Source: Lama glama (taxonomy: Eukaryota). Taken from it: DNA of 64,000 nt. Shown in pieces: positions 12,947 to 26,160 of this stretch (position 1 is the first letter of the stretch; each line of letters begins with the position of its first letter). The stretch is from NCBI GenBank assembly GCA_028534125.1, contig CM052816.1, positions 97,526,001 to 97,590,000 of the forward strand, read 5' to 3'. The notes under the pieces were generated by a model. The model saw nothing but the letters and a program-made list of their open reading frames with translations. It was not told where the DNA came from and made no database searches. The position numbers and the translations under genes are program-made.

Positions 12947-14396
12947 TCTGTAGACACTGCTGATTCTCTTTTTAAACGCTTCCAACCAGGCTTCTGTTTC
13001 TACCATCGCACTCTCAGGGTGGCTGTGGACTGTGGTTGGCCAGTTTTAACGTCACTCCTCAGTCCTTCTTGACAGAATTCCCTGAAACATTTGACTCTCT
13101 TGAAAATCCTTCCTCCCTCATTCTCTACATCAGCATTCTGCCCAGCATGGCTTCTTCCTTCTCAATGATTGTCCCCTTTTGCCCCCTTTGATGGCGCCTC
13201 CAAGTCTTCCCCAAGTCTACACAGCGGCAGCTCCAGGTTGGCTCCAGGTGTCCTCCTTCATCCCTATTTTCCACCTCTCTGTGTGATCATGTCCAGTCCT
13301 GGGAGCTGATCACACCCATATGTGTGTCTCCATCTCTAAGATCTCCCCTGAGACTCAATGTAGATGCACATGTTTCCTTGATGTTCCCACCCAGATACCT
13401 AAGGAGTTTCAAACTTATTATGTACAAAACAGAATTTCTGAATTCTACTCGCCACCATAGACTTCCCCCATCTCAGGAAGTCATACTGTAATTTACATGA
13501 TTTCCCAGACCAGGAGTCTAGGGTTTATCTTTGCCTTTTCTCCTTCTCTCACCCTCCACACCCAGTCCATCAAGAAACCCTATCAGTTCAACTCTCGAAA
13601 TACATCCGCATTCTGAGACCACGGTCTGAGATGCTACAGCCCTTATCCTCCCTCCCTGGGATAACTGCATTAACTTCCTAACAAGGGCTTTCTGCTGCCA
13701 CTCTGGTAGGGTGTTATCTACTGTATAAAATGATCTTTAAAGAAATCTTAGACAATAAGGGGCTGAAATGACATACATTCTCCTTAAAGAATCTCCTGAA
13801 TGATACTGGTAAATATTCAGTGTGCTCACCATCAAGCCATGTATGTGTTTCTAAGTATCCATTCGTTTCAGATGTTCTAGAATCATTATACGTGATGTTC
13901 CAAAATAAGCTATCAGGACACCAGTATAAGAAGAAAAATTATGATATTTTTCCTTCTATTTCCTAATTCAAAAAGTTGTGCTTTCATTTCTAAAATATCA
14001 TTTCCAAGAACAAGGCAATTATTTTTATTTCAAAGTGTTTTCTGAGAGGTCTTGTAAACTGATACATAGAGGAGCTTATGAAGGCAGGATACGACTTGGG
14101 AACCTAACATTCTCCATATTGTTCAGTCCACATTACAAATAGTACTGTGAAATCAGGGAAGACCAAGTTTTGTCCTGAGACCTTTGAGACTAACCAACCC
14201 ATGACCTATTCCTGCCTTCTGCCTTTATAAACTCTTAGGTTGTAAAGAATAGGAGTCAGATTCAAGGTACCTTAATTAATTTTAAAGTTATATTTTTGAA
14301 AAGTTAAATTTACTCATAGTTAAGATTCTTTCTTGTTCTTTTGGTTTCTTTCTCTTAAGAGAAGATAAATTTCCAGTAGCGTTGAAGCCTTTAATG

Positions 14397-14607
14397 CAGG
14401 GGTCAACAGACTATGGCCATAGGCCAAGACTGGCCCACTGCCTGTTTTTGTCCAGACTGCAAACCAAGGCTGGCTTTTACATTTTAAAACAGTTTCATTT
14501 TAAGTGGTTATGTGAGTATCTACATAACATCCTTGTTTTGTCCTCTTGATCCACAAAACCTAAAATGTTACTATCTCCTCCTTTAAGAAACAGTTTGCTG
14601 AATCATG
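14397..14607 (+). mobile_element. MER58B/C-like hAT MITE
   Basis: caggggtcaacagactatggcc...ggcccactgcctgtttttgt...aaacctaaaatgttactatct...agtttgctga. Confidence 0.75.
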
Positions 14608-16351
14608 TGCTTACAGCTCAGCTCCCCTGAGATTATTTCTGGAGTTCAAATTTCAAGAATCCGAAGAGGAACAAAAAATCTTATAAGCTTCATGCATATT
14701 TCAGATCTCTCATCCCCCCGAAAGATTATTGTTTATTGATTTAGTTTTTGGTTTTCTTCTCTGATTTATTTCTAGGGAGAAATTAAAATCAGTTGTTATC
14801 TCTCCAATGCTTGGTCTACAGATATCCACCTGACTCCAGCCACAGCTGCCCATCTCCTTGTCAGCACGCCACACGCCCACTCCCCATGACCTCCCAGGAA
14901 GGGAAGGTCAAGTTGAGGCACGCTTACTGGGTTATGGCACCCAGAGATGGACATCAGGATGTGGCAGTGGAAGAAGATGAAGAAGGAGTAACCCCATCAC
15001 CTTTAGCAAAGGCAGTTAGGAAAGTGTTTGTGTTCCCCATTTATGTGTCTCTCTTGGGAACATCACAAGGTATACAGAGTGTTGAGAGGAGGAAGGAAAA
15101 CTTCAGAGATGGAGTCAACGGTTCTCAGCCAGATGCTATCAAAGAGGTAACTCACAAGAACTTACTGGCTGGATTTCAGTCTGTTGAACTGGGTCTGAAG
15201 ACAGGCCTAAGTCTGCACTGCTCTGCCTGGTCCTTCCCCCTAGGGCTGATGGGCGGTGCCACTTCCCTTTGGGCTTGCTGGTTAGCACTTCCTCCCTCTA
15301 GGGCTGGCTGATGCTATGGCCCTGTCACACTGATTTTTTTCCCCTACCAAAGGTGCCTGGTGCTGGTCTGCACCCTTTGTTCTCAAATGCTCTGTTGATG
15401 CCTAAAATCTATGTATTTTTTAATAGACCAAAGATACACCCTTGGGGCGGCGGGCATTTGCTGTTCATTTCAGGTTGCTTCACATTAGGTGATACCAAGA
15501 GCTCTGAAGGCAGACATCTTTGGTGAGGTTTCAAATGGCAGGTAACACACCCAGTAGCAAACTTAGTTGTCATGGTGATGGACAATGGCTAAAACGTTTC
15601 AATGAAAAAAGAGTTATTTTATTTCTCTGTAATTCTGTTTTTTTCCTCAACATACACAATTTTGAAGTAAGTATGCTATTTTCCTAGTCCTGTGGGTCAA
15701 GAATCAAAACATCAACAAGGGCTTCTAATGTAGATAAATCAACAAAAAAAGTGATCATTATATGAGTAACAGCAATAGTCTCAAATCTGTTTAGCCTTAT
15801 TAATAATGCAACGTTGAATAAGGACCCATTGTTGGCAACTCAAAACTTCTCTTTAAAAAAAAACCTTTTATTTATGTATATAAATGTTGATTCTTTATTC
15901 CTTAAAATGTCCAAACTTCCAAGAAAAAATTATGCTTTTAAAATTTATTTCTATTTAAATGAAAAATCAAAGTTTTTCCAAAGTCCAAAGTCCAAAAATT
16001 TATCAAAGTCTACCAAACTCGTGAAGTCAGCGGCATAAGTGAATTTCTTATGAAAAATGTTGAAGGCACTATTTTTGGATCTAGACTGATATGAAACAAA
16101 ACAGTGGACAAAAATTAGAACTAGAGAGAATCTTAAGAATCTGGGTGTTCCAACAGATACTGTGGAAAGAAGCATGGACCACCCCAGCAGTGGAAGTGAG
16201 GCCAATCAGCCACGTTCAACCAGAGTTGTTTGACTCCCCTCCCCATGGGCCATTTGATTATACTTAAAGGTACATTAAAAGAGCAATATGTTCACTGAAA
16301 TCCAGCACATTTTTGGATTTTAAATCATTTAATGCAAGCTGACTCAAGTTC

Positions 16352-16393
16352 GTGTGTGTGTGTGTGTGTGTGGGTGTGTGTGTGTGTGTGTGT
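16352..16393. repeat. (GT)n microsatellite with one interruption
   Basis: Read directly. Confidence 0.95.
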
Positions 16394-17769
16394 AGCTGCA
16401 GAAGTAAAGAGCACATCTCACATTTGATTGTTGCATTATCCCCCCCACCCCGTGATGGGGGCTGCTCTGGGAGCTGGAGTGCTATGGAGGTGGGGGTGGT
16501 TAAAGGAAGAAAACCATGATAGCAGGTCTGTGTCCTGAGAAAGAAAGCCTTGATTCAGTCTTGAACCCAGAAATGTAAACCTAAGCACAACCTTTTCTCT
16601 TTCTCTTGATAACAGTACTGTTTGACAAAAATCTGAGCATCAAGCTTTGAAGATCACCAGCAGCAACTGCAGTGACTCAAAGTAAAGATAATTTTGAATT
16701 CCAACTACCATCCAGAAAATATAAATGGGTGTGATATTTAAATTAATGTATAGGAATATCAAGGTGAAGCTTTACAGGAAGGTCTTGGTACTTCTTGTCA
16801 GTAGATTAAAAAGAAGCCATTTTGAAATCTCTGGAATGATTTTGTGACACTGAATCTCTCTTCTGAATCTCAAGTGAGCAAACTTTCTTCTTGTGTTGAT
16901 GCCAGGGTTTTAATGCACCCAGATCCCAGGGTTTAATGCAAATGAAGAGCATCTTGTTTTGCAATTTACAATTTATTACAAAGGGTTGCAGTGGCCATTA
17001 AAGTTTGCACGATTTTTCCAAGTATGCTTAGGGACATCACAGAAACATGGGTATGTGGAGACTAGGTGTATCACAGCTCACTCTTCATGTTGTGCAAAAC
17101 AGCCATCAGGGTTGAGTGGGTGGGGGCCGCCTTTACTCAGTCAGCCCAGATTCAAAGCTCATCAAGTGTTTCTTTTCGATGGTAGTAAGAATTACAACCA
17201 CTTATGTTCCACAGAAGACCATGCAGCCAACTTAACAATATTGTCAAACCTAGCAGAACACAGGACACTGTCAGTATTTTATCCTAAGCAAGCAGGAAAT
17301 GGCAAATACGGTTTTCTGTGTAACGAGAAAATGTGGGCTGGATTGTAGTCTCAGACATGAAGGACTTTGATTCTTCAAAGCCTTGGGCTGAGCTGCCAGG
17401 CGTCTGATCATCTTACATCAGACTTTAAAATGGGTCAGAGAACGGACACTCAGCTAATCATGAAACACTAAAAGAAGTTTTGTTTTTCTTTCACAGAAAT
17501 GGAAAACAGCGAGATGCTAAAACTTTGTGCACAGAGAGTTATCCAGGGTGTGGGGTGGCACACCTCTGGGCTGTATAAGGCGGATCAGATGGGTCTTCCT
17601 CTGTGCAGTCGGGACCTGAGAAAAAGCCTGGAGACACTTTTTCTAGCTGCCGGGCTCCTTTGACCCGGGCTGGGATGAAGTCCGTGTCTCTGAGCCGTGA
17701 GAGCATCCCCCACCTTAGCTTGCTCCCTTTGATCCGGTGCCCTTTCCTTATCAGGGAAGCAAGGAATGT

Positions 17770-17995
17770 TGCCCTAGGAAGAAAAACAGCCTTCAGGCAG
17801 CTTCACCCACTCCTGGCTGTGTGACCTTGGACATGTCACTTCTCTTAGCCTCTACTTCTTCAACATAAAGTGGGAATGATGACAGTGCATGATACATGTG
17901 ATTTTCACAAGGATGAAATAAAACCACGCTTGGAAAGCACCCAGACATGGTGCATATTCTGTAAGACGTCGCCGTATCTTCACTATGTGTTATTT
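17770..17995 (+). mobile_element. MIR SINE
   Basis: gctgtgtgaccttggacatgtcacttctcttagcctctacttcttcaacataaagtgggaatgat. Confidence 0.75.
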
Positions 17996-18759
17996 TCATT
18001 ATCAACATTGTCATTGCAGTAGCCCCCTCCCTTTTTAGTCCAAGTCAATTCAGAGAACATTTACTGAAAGCTAATTTTCTATCATTGAGCGGATTAGCTA
18101 AATTCTGTTAGCACGGGCAACACCTGTCTTCTACTTAATTACTTCCTTGAGTTCTAGCCATTAACCCGTAGAGTCCTATAGACCCTCAGGGTAAGGAGGA
18201 TATAAAGTTAATTACCACGTTCTCTTAACATTTATTTCAGCTCTGTCTTTACCAACATGCATCTCTGGAGAGTTAGAGTCCAAAATGTAATTTTCAACAC
18301 TCAAAACATATGAATTGCATAAGACTGGGAAGAGTTGAACATTAAAGTGGTTCTCTCACTCAGTTAATTATCCATCAAAGCTCAATAGCAGTGAAGGCAT
18401 GCTACGGAAAAAAGGTAGAGAAAGGAAGGTCTTTGAAGCCCGGGTGTATTTTCGGATGGGTAACAGCTGTGAGATGCTAGCGTCCGCTTATGTCTATCTG
18501 TGTGCTACTGCCCTGATATACTTGAGGGATGAGTCTCACCACCGGCCGTACCCCCTTGCTCAGGCTCCATCTGAAACGTCTCTGCTGATCCAGGAGGCAG
18601 GAGTCCCTGGTGAGTTACTTGTCTCTCTTTCATGTGTTTCGTGGGTTCCTCCAAGAGTTCACATAAACACCAAAGTAGACTGGAGCATGCGCATTGGGGA
18701 AGAACCAGAGGTGTTCATGTCACTGTTCATTCCTCACATTTCATTGATGAAAAATCTGT

Positions 18760-19460
18760 GTGGAAAACATCAGACAAACAACAAGTTGAGGGACATTCTA
18801 CAAAGTACCTGACCGGTACGGGTAAGGTCGTCAAATCAAGAAACATCTGAGAAAGCGCCAAGACCAAGAGGAGCCTGAGGCCACGTGGTAACTACACGTA
18901 ATGCCCTGGACTGGGTGGGCTCACAGCACAGAGGAAGGCCCTCACATAGAAACTAAGGAGATCTGGATAAAGTGTGGACTTCAGTTAATGATAATGTATC
19001 AATGCTGGTTCTTTTCTCATTCATTCATTCACTCATTTATTCTTTTTCTTTAAATTAAATTAAATGAAAGTTTATTTTACTTTTTATTCAAGTACAGTCA
19101 GTTACAATGTGTCAATTTCTGGCACACAGCGCAATGCCCCAGACATGCGTATACATACATATTTTCAATTTCTTATTCTTTTTCATTAAAGGTTATTATA
19201 AGATATTGAACATAGTTCTCTGTGCTATACAGAAAAAACTTTTTAAAAAATCTATTTTTATACATAGTAGTTAACATCTGTAAATCTCGACAGATGACTG
19301 GACAAAGCTGGTTCTTTAATTGGGACACGTGCACCTCACTAATGTAAGAAGTTAACATGAGAGGAAGCCATGTGTAAGGTATGTGAGAATTCCCTGTATT
19401 AGCTTTATAATTTTCCTATAAACATAAAGCTCTTCTGAAATAAAAGGTTATTGGGGGGAA
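18760..19460 (+). mobile_element. L1MC-type 3' end, host of a young L1 insertion
   Basis: gttgagggacattctacaaagtacctgacc...actaaggagatctggataaagtgtggacttcagttaatgataatgtatcaat, resuming after 19317 with cactaatgtaagaagttaac. Confidence 0.75.
19015..19306 (-). mobile_element. Young L1 3' end with 11-bp TSD and a tiny inverted 5' piece
   Basis: TSD gctggttcttt at 19004-19014 and 19307-19317. The site reads ttcttt/aa, matching L1 endonuclease preference. Body is antisense L1 3'UTR. Confidence 0.9.
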
Positions 19461-19619
19461 AAAAAGCTACATGATGAAATGCAACCAAGTCCTTAGCTAG
19501 CGGAATTAAAGAAAAACAGATCCAGGCACGTTTTCAACCGGAAGCGTACACTAATGTTTTCACGCCAGGGGCTCCCACGGGTGATAATGATGATGCCCGT
19601 GGTCAGGGGACCAGAAGGG

Positions 19620-19775
19620 GGCGAGTCTGTCTTCATAGCTGAGACCATCTTTTGCCTCTATCTCACGGCCCTTGGCTATCCAGCTGCGATAATGCCTACT
19701 TCGTAGGTTGTCTGTGAGGGTTTAATTCAAAGTTGTGAGTCGTACACAGTGTCTGACACACAGTAGACAGTCCGT
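19620..19775 (+). mobile_element. MIR SINE
   Basis: gataatgcctacttcgtaggttgtctgtgagggtttaa...acagtgtctgacacacagtag. Confidence 0.55.
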
Positions 19776-20254
19776 GAGCTTAAATTCCTTCTCATCCCCC
19801 GTAGCCTTCTTTCCAACACAGGATCGGTCATGCTCTGCTTCTTCTTAGATGATGAGTACTTGACCAACTGTTGCAAATGACGTTGGCCATGCCAAGCATG
19901 ATTGCCCCATGAGAGATAAATTCTCTAGTGTTCAGTTTTCACTGCTTTTTAATCATTTGTGAGTGTCCTGCCCACAAAGCCAGAAGCTCTAAAAATAAAA
20001 TAAATAAAAGTATGAAAGAACCAGGTTGAAAGGCTGCTTTTGTTCTGTGTTTTGGAGAAAAATAAATCAGGTAGAACTTGAAGGAAATATATAATCTTCA
20101 AAATAAACTACTTTATAGAAATGAGTTAATCTATCTGATTTTAACTTTTTTTTTTTCCTGCAGTAGGAAAAATAGGTGGAGAATGGAGAGAAACAAGCCT
20201 GTTCTGGGAATCTGACTCTTACTGGACACAGATGGTTCAAATGGATGTGGATAC

Positions 20255-21210
20255 ACTCATTTCAGCAACTAACTTTTAAGAACCCATAAGATGTGAATTT
20301 CCATACTTGATGCAAACGGAGGCAAAGGGTAATCCCCACTGTTAGGGTGCTCGCTATCTGGCTGAACAGATTCCACAGGCGAGGACTTGATCCTTAGCCA
20401 GGGGTAGGGGTCAGACAGGGTCCCAGAGCATGTGGTTCTGCTGATTTTAAAGGCTGTCTGGAGGAAAATGAAAATATGGAGGCGAATGCAGGCCTAAGCT
20501 GAAAGCCCAGGCCCCCAGCTGCTGTGAACTGCAGGTCTCTGCAAAGGCAGCAGTGTAGGATTTAAAAGGAAGGCCGGTAGCTGAGGCCAAAAACCCCGGC
20601 AGCGGTCAGGTCCTCTGCTCAGACTTGCTCAGCTCAGAAGTTAGGAGGTTAGCTGTCCAAGTTTCCGCTGCTGCCAGAACACTGTGACTTGCAGGATGGA
20701 GGGTTTAATAACGAGGGCTGAGGATGAAAGCAGAGTTTGAAGACACGTAATGACATGCAAGAAGTGAAGAGAAATTAAATAGAGCAGTGGCCAAAGGAAT
20801 GAAAAGCAAGCCATGTGAGTTGGCGTTGATGAGTTGGTGACCATGCGAATATGGAACACAAAGTCTTGGATAACTCCCAGGTTTCTGGCTCACGTCACTA
20901 AGACTATTATTTTTTTTATTATGGCATGGTTCCTGCACACTAAACTACTTGCACTTCAGACGTGCACTTTGACGAATTTTGATACTATTATTGTGGTGTC
21001 ATCAACATGAAGACGAGAGGACGGAAGGGAGGATGAAGATACTAGCTTTACAGAGGAAAATGCTGAGTTTGAAAAATCTGTGTACGGGATGTCTCCAAGG
21101 TACAACTGAACATAAGACCAAGAGGAAAGCAGTAATTCTTAACAAGAAAGAGAGAGTGGGGGCAATAAACCCCACTGGGACGGGGGAGAAAATTATCCTG
21201 AGAGGCGCTG
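20255..21210 (-). mobile_element. L2 LINE remnant
   Basis: cactcatttcagcaactaact at the start; gtcttggataactcccaggtttctggct and gctgagtttgaaaaatctgtg...atgtctccaagg further in. Confidence 0.55.
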
Positions 21211-21904
21211 GTAGTAAAAAAGCTGATTTATTATGGAAATTTTTCTTTAATAAAAAAGAAATAAAATGAATTTTGATAAAACACTAGCTTTAAGAATTAA
21301 CACAGAGTGGATAAAGAAAGCATTGCTTAAAAAAAGTTGAGAAACAAAAGGACATAACGTCACTAGGGTCGAGGTGATGTCTGAAGCCACGGGTAGGAAC
21401 CAGTTTTCTCAGAGACAGCGCACCAGGTTAACGGAGAAGCAATTACTCTGTATCTCTGGTCTGATGCTTTGCCATGCCCCTGGAAGTCTATGTCTTTTTC
21501 TATTTTTTTGAGAATTTGCTTCAAACCAAAGAGTAAAGCTGTGATGCAGAAACCAGATGGAGAAGGTGCTGAGCTGTCAAGCTTCTTCCCTTTTATCTTC
21601 AATAATGCCCTCCCTACAAACCCCACGTGCTGAGCACTGATGGCAGACAGCAGGAAGCAAGGTGTGAGATGTTCCTTCTGAAACCCTCTACCACGCCACT
21701 CAGTTAAGCGACTGGGCTTCTGAACACACATCAATGCTGATTACAGCCAGAGCAACACGTCGTGCTCTTCATTTTCAGAAAGCACAAAGATCAGAGTCTA
21801 TCCATGAAACGACATGCTGTGCTAAGCCAACTCTCAGGTGACTTTGTAAGTGTTTTCTGGAAAGATACGTCTATTTCTCTGTCACTGATACTGTGTATGA
21901 CAAT

Positions 21905-22345
21905 CCGTTTGCATCCATTAGGATTAGTTTTGACTGTGAGTGATGGAAAACCCCAAATAGCGGCGTTTACTCAAGATCGAGGCTTATTTACTGCTAGTGT
22001 AAACGACGTCTGGTACCAGCGCTGTGGTTGTCAGCGGCCCTGACCGCGTCTGCAGAGTCGCTCCACCGTCCTCAACGTGCAACTTCTACCTCGCGGCCTC
22101 TGGCCTGCCAGCCGCCACACACAGCTCAGTTAGCAGGAAGGAGGCAGGTGTACCCCCCTGAACTTGAACAAGATTCCCGTTTCACCTACATGTCGGAACC
22201 AAGCCACACGATCATGCCTAGATGCCAGGGAGAGGGAGAAATTCAGTCTTTCTTCTAACTGGCCATGCACCCAGATAGAAACTAAGGATCTTGTTACAGG
22301 AAGGAACGGGGCAGGGGACGAGTACTGGGGTAATGATAAGCCTCT
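21905..22345 (-). mobile_element. MLT1J/K-like MaLR LTR
   Basis: cattaggattagttttgactgtgagtgatggaaaacccc...catgcctagatgccagggagagggagaaattcagtc...gagtactggggtaa. Confidence 0.6.
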
Positions 22346-24249
22346 ACTCCACCACGCCCCCTTAAGATTAGGATGGGCAGATTTGAGAAAGTGTTGATTT
22401 TTAGATAGATACAGTTAATCCATCCGAATATTACTTATTCACCTTTTATGATGCATTAGGCACTTTCCTAGGCAATAAGGAAACAGCAGTGAGCAAAACA
22501 AAGTCACCGTCCTCACAGAGCTTCTAGGGGAGATTGTGATGCTTTGACCCTGTGTCAAAAACCTATTCTTACAAAGGGTGCACCAGCTGTGTTCTTCTGT
22601 AATTGAACCGAGGAGTGGGTGCGCTGTGCCAGGGCCAATCAGAATATCTTGCCGTCTAACACATACAGCGTCACGGGCAGCAGAATCACATTGTTCAAAA
22701 AGAATCAAAGATGAACCTCTCTAATCCCAACATCGAATGCACTCAAATTCTATCTGTTAAACTTTTAGCATCAAAGAAAAGAGATGGCAAGGTTAAGAGT
22801 CTCCCTCGTGTCCTCCCACCGTGCTACGAGAGACAGCATGTACCGCTGTGGTGTTCCTTGGTCTTTCGTGCCGCGACACTGTTCAGGGTGGGAGGAGCAC
22901 CTCTGTGCCCCCATGAGCTGGGGTCCTCGTTTTGTGCCACTGAGCAGCTCATGACGACAAGGCTACGATGCAGTGCTGTACCGCTCTGGAAAGAAGGGGT
23001 GGGGGTCAAGCTTCAGGTACAGCGTCAGGAGCCCCTCTGCTCCTCTTGTGTTTATCACTAACCATCAGCTCATGAACTCCCCATTCTTCAGTCTAAGAAT
23101 TCACGGGAGGTGATGTGGCACAATGGAAACTTTGGTTACCACCTTGGCTGTATGCTTCTGAGCCCAATGACGTACATTGTTTGAACTACAAATTTGTCAT
23201 CTATAATAAAACAAGAAAACTAATATTACCTATTTCCAAATGCTGTTTTTAAAGTGAATAAAATGATATATATGCACACTTCCTAATCTGTAAAACATTA
23301 ATAAAAATGTCATGAGTATATAAATATTACTGTTGAAATGGTAAATTGCTTGGGCAAGATTATTAAGTAGATCAAGAGATTTTATAATTAGTATGCACGT
23401 TGGTTTATGTTATCTTTTAGAAGAGACAGACGTTCAAAAACGTCTTATTTGTACTAGGTGTTTAGATAAGCTTAGTTGACCTTTTCCCAAATCTTGACAA
23501 TTAGTGAGTGAAACAGAATATGCCCTGTGAGGAGAATACATGGTGTACTTTGCTGCCTTGATCAGACAAACAGGAAACCCAGCGCCAGGCAGAGTGCGTG
23601 AAACCAATTAAACTTTGTAGAGGGTGTCAGTCCAAGGTCGGACCAAGCAGACATAACAATCTCCGTTAACAAGTGGTGCTTTGATTTGCCATGAATCGTT
23701 TTATTTTTCCCAGTGAAAGAGCTGAATCTGTTTTCAGTGGGTACATTTCATATTTCTCCAGAACAAAGTTTATTTTTGAGTCGGGTTTTCCAAAATCATT
23801 AGACTGGGCAAGGCTTTGACATATTGGAGTGTTTTAGGAGCTGTAATGGCTAATGGAGAAGATTCTGTCTGAGAAATAGGTGTGTTATTTTTTCATGGGT
23901 TTGGTTGGCCCTTGGCACCACATGAGGGGTGGGGTGAGGAAAGGGGATGAAAAGTTGGTGAATGGGAGCAGAGAGAAGATCCAGAGAAGAATTACCAGGA
24001 GGAAAAAGACGGTCTCTGACAATACAACATTTTTTAAGCCCCGAGTGGCAGCGGTTCTGACCTATTTTAGGAGGAAGTGTTGGCCAGTGCTGATGCCTCT
24101 TTGGTGTTTTCTTTTAAAAGGGTGACACCATTTCCTCATAAGACAAGGATGAAAGTTGTTTATCTAATTACATTATACCAATTTATTTTCTAAGAGAACT
24201 AAATATTGAGTTGAGTGAGATGATTTTACAAAAAGCTTTATTAGTTATG

Positions 24250-26160
24250 GTGTCACCAGGAGATTGGAGACCTAGAAACCTCAGGCATAACCCCAAGAAG
24301 ATGGGAGAGTTATGTGCCAAGAGAGAAAGAATTTAGAAATAGCTGGTCTGAAAGGAGACTGGAACGAGTGCCTGCTGTAGAGCACAGGGAACTATATTCA
24401 ATATCCTGCAATAAACGATAACGGAAAAGAATCTGAAAGAAACATATACGTACAAGTCTTTCCGAATTGGAGCTTTCTCCAGATATATGTCCAGGATTGC
24501 TGGTTCGTATGGTAAGCATATTTTTAGTTTTTAAGGAATCTGTGTGCTGTTTTCCATAGTGGCTGCCCCAAATTACATTCCTATCAGCAAGGTAGGAGGG
24601 TTCCCTTTTCTCCACACCCTTTCCAGTATTTATCATTTGTGGATGTTTTAATGATGGTCATTCTGACTGGTGTGAGGTGATACCTCACTGTAGTTTTGAT
24701 TTGCGTTTCTCTGATAATTAGCGATAGTGAGCATCTTCTCATGCGCCTGTTGGCCACCTGTATGTCTTCATTGGAGGAATGTCTGTTTAGGTCTTCTGCC
24801 TGTTCTTTGATTGGGTCATTTGTTTGTTTGTCTTTTTGTTATTGAGTTGTATGAGCTGTTTCTATATTCTGGAAGTTAAGCTCTTGTCAGTCGCATCATC
24901 TGCAAATACTTTCTCCATTTCTGTAGGTTGTCTTTTCCTTTTGTTTATGGTTTCCTTTGTTGTGCAAAAACTTGTAAGTTTGATTAGATCCCATTTATTT
25001 ATTTTTGCTTTTGTTTCTGTTGCATTGTTAGACTGACTTAGGAAAACATTGCTACCATTTATATCAGAAAATGTCTTGCCAGTATTCTGGGAGATTATGG
25101 TGCCTTGTCTTACATGCTCCCCAATGTTCCTAGCAGCACTATATACAACAGCCAAGACATGGGAGCAACACAGATGCTCATCCACAGAAGATCGGACAAA
25201 GAAATTGTGCTGTATATACATACATACATACATACACATACATATATACATATATACAATAAACTACTGCTCAGCCATAAAAAATGAAATAACGCCATCT
25301 GCAGCGACATGGATGGACCTAGAAATTATACTAAGTGCAGCAAGTCAGACAGAGGAAGACAAAATCATATGATATCACTTACATGTGGAATCTTTTTAAA
25401 AAATGACACAAGTGAACTTATTTACAAACCAGAAAGAGACTCACAGACATAGAAAACAAATTTATGGTTACCAAAGGGGAAAGGGATTGGGGGGGATAAA
25501 TTAAGAGTTTGGAATTAGCAGATATAACTACTATATACAGATTAGATAAACAACAAGGTCCTATGGTACAGCACAGGGAAACATATTCAATGAATGAACC
25601 TACAATGAAAATGAATATGAAAAAGAATATATATATAAATGTATAACTGAATCACTATGCTGTACACCAGAAGCTACAACACTGTAAATCAACTATACTT
25701 CAATCAATCAACCAGTAAAAAGATACTGGTCAAGCCTGTATGATTTATTGAATGTCCTTGACTTAAGATTCTAGAACTCCAGGAAAGGTGATCCAGGAGG
25801 AAAATTAGGACATGAGAGATAGGAGATGGGCACTGGGACACAGTGCGTGTGTCCAGCAATCTTCTGAGAGCTTTGGAAGGATGGTCCCTTCAAACCCAGG
25901 ACTGGGATCCCTTTAGCGAGGCTGCTGTGTCCCTGCTGGCCCTCCAGCCACTCTGGAGGTCACCCTTGTGCCCTGGAAGGATGTGCTGCCTGGGGCTCTT
26001 GACCCTTTCAGGGAAGGTCGGCTGGAGGAGCCCCTCAGGCTTCCCTTAATTGGAGCCCCGCCTCTCAGGGCCCTGGAGCTCCCCTCGCTGGACATGGGAG
26101 GAGAGTCCACACTGGTGAGTCTGGCCCGAGGGCAAACTCAAGGGAGCTCAGTCTTAACCC
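24250..26160 (-). mobile_element. Possible old ERVL/MaLR-type LTR split by the L1 at 24363-25716
   Basis: caagcctgtatgatttattg and the purine-rich sequence downstream resemble antisense LTR33/LTR16/MLT-type ends. Recall is weak. Confidence 0.35.
24363..25716 (+). mobile_element. L1 insertion with 5' inversion plus an extra sense fragment
   Basis: TSD aaaggagactgg (24351-24362) / aaaagatactgg (25718-25729), 2 mismatches. Sense 3'UTR piece 24363-~24452, antisense ORF2 ~24453-25110 (peptide KAKINKWDLIKLTSFCTTKETINKRKRQPTEMEKVFA on -), sense ORF2 end and 3'UTR 25111-25716 (peptide CSPMFLAALYTTAKTW...AATWMDLEIILS). Confidence 0.9.

Larger units (their letters stand above)
11590..13705 (+). mobile_element. 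Long L2 LINE remnant interrupted by MER53 and MER5
   Basis: CT-rich L2-like tracts (cttatttcaccgaggaagcagaa, tcccctgagactca, tttcaaacttattatgtacaaaacagaatttctg, ccagtccatcaagaaaccctatcagttc, actgcattaacttcctaac). Confidence 0.7.

Noticed and set aside
14793-15311. 172-aa ORF with a short acidic patch (VEEDEEG)
   Set aside because: No recognisable homology or splice context, so I cannot support it as coding. A BLASTp/PhyloCSF run would settle it.
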